Shown here: one piece after another, positions 63,225 through 64,000 of the stretch
Numbering within the stretch: position 1 is the stretch's first letter
Layout of the letters: every line of letters starts with the position of its first letter
Origin: Lingula anatina
Taxonomy: Eukaryota; Animalia; Brachiopoda
DNA length: 64,000 bases
Direction: 5' to 3'
Assembly: GCA_051362555.1 (NCBI GenBank)
Contig: CM120649.1
Span: forward strand, 6,014,001 to 6,078,000
The notes under the pieces: generated by a model
Seen by the model: the letters and a program-made list of their open reading frames with translations, nothing else
Told to the model about the DNA's origin: nothing
Database searches by the model: none
Program-made: the position numbers and the translations under genes

Positions 63225-64000
63225 GCAACATTTTAAAGAGAACCGATAGGTCTATTTTCATGAAACTCACAGAACTGATGAATATTAGTTAAACGCAGGT
63301 CAAGTTTGAAAATCTTCATAATGGCCTGCTTTTTTTTTTTTTCAGAAAATTTGCTGTTGTTTTTGCTTTTTTCAGCATACATGCAACACTGTAAACACAG
63401 TTCAAGGAGAAGCAATAGGTCTATTGTCATGAAACTCACAGAACTGATGATTATTAGTAAAAGGGTTGTCAAGATCAAAAATCGGCATATCCGGGCCATT
63501 TTTTGTCAAAAGTTATGCTGTTTTTTTTCTGCCATTTTCAGCATATAAGTAACACTGTAAGCACATTTCAGGGAGAACCGATAAGCCTGTTGTCATTAAA
63601 CTCACAGGAGTGATCAATGTTACCAATATACAAATCAAGTTTGAAAATATGATTAATTGGTTGAGTTTTGTGGAAGTTGTGCCTTGTTTTGATATATATA
63701 AGTGGTTTTCCTCAGATTTGATTGTCAGGCATGTTGACAGTTTCGTTATTGAACTAACTAGATATGTAAATATGTTAGTGTTTGTCTGAAATTTTCTGCA
63801 TCTTTACAACATTGCTAGTTGATTATATAAATATGACGGTAAACATGTTATCATGTACTGTGTAATACAGTGTCTCAAAATGGAGGAAATGGGGTGATTA
63901 TTTTCAAAAGTTTTGCATTTTTTTTCTCCTTTTTTCAGTGTACATGCAACACTGTAAACACACTTCAAGGAGAACCAATAGGCCTGTTTTCATGAAACTA
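63225..64000 (+). repeat. Tandem ~170-190 bp repeat array of the HINE-like family, running off the window end
   Basis: Recurrent gagaacc.atagg.ct.tt.tcatgaaactcacag units (~63238, 63407, 63572, 63970); homologous to 43605-44070. Confidence 0.7.

Overview
AT-rich eukaryotic genomic DNA from an invertebrate animal, with GT-AG introns, microsatellites and many non-autonomous transposons. I can reconstruct nine protein-coding genes by hand: (1-2) two tandem secreted serpins with intronless CDS (-); (3) a single-exon GT11 alpha-1,2-fucosyltransferase (+); (4) a 20-exon type-I membrane protein (-) with signal peptide, 4 MAM domains (two split by an inserted fibronectin type-II exon), a Thr/Lys/Pro mucin stalk, a TM helix and an NPxY tail; (5) a head-to-head astacin-EGF-CUB metalloprotease (+) with a GPI-like C-terminus; (6-7) NME7 (-) and BLZF1/golgin-45 (+), head-to-head as in human; (8) a mitochondrial FASTK-family RAP-domain protein (-); (9) a ~1356-aa beta-helix / Cys-rich / multi-pass membrane protein (-). 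Mobile DNA includes a 5'-truncated LINE with poly(A) and a 14-bp target-site duplication, Helentron-associated (HINE-like) elements and several MITEs. The most unusual signal is the symmetric phase-1 FN2 exon nested inside a MAM domain, present twice. All gene models come from manual reading of splice sites and frames; no database searches were run.
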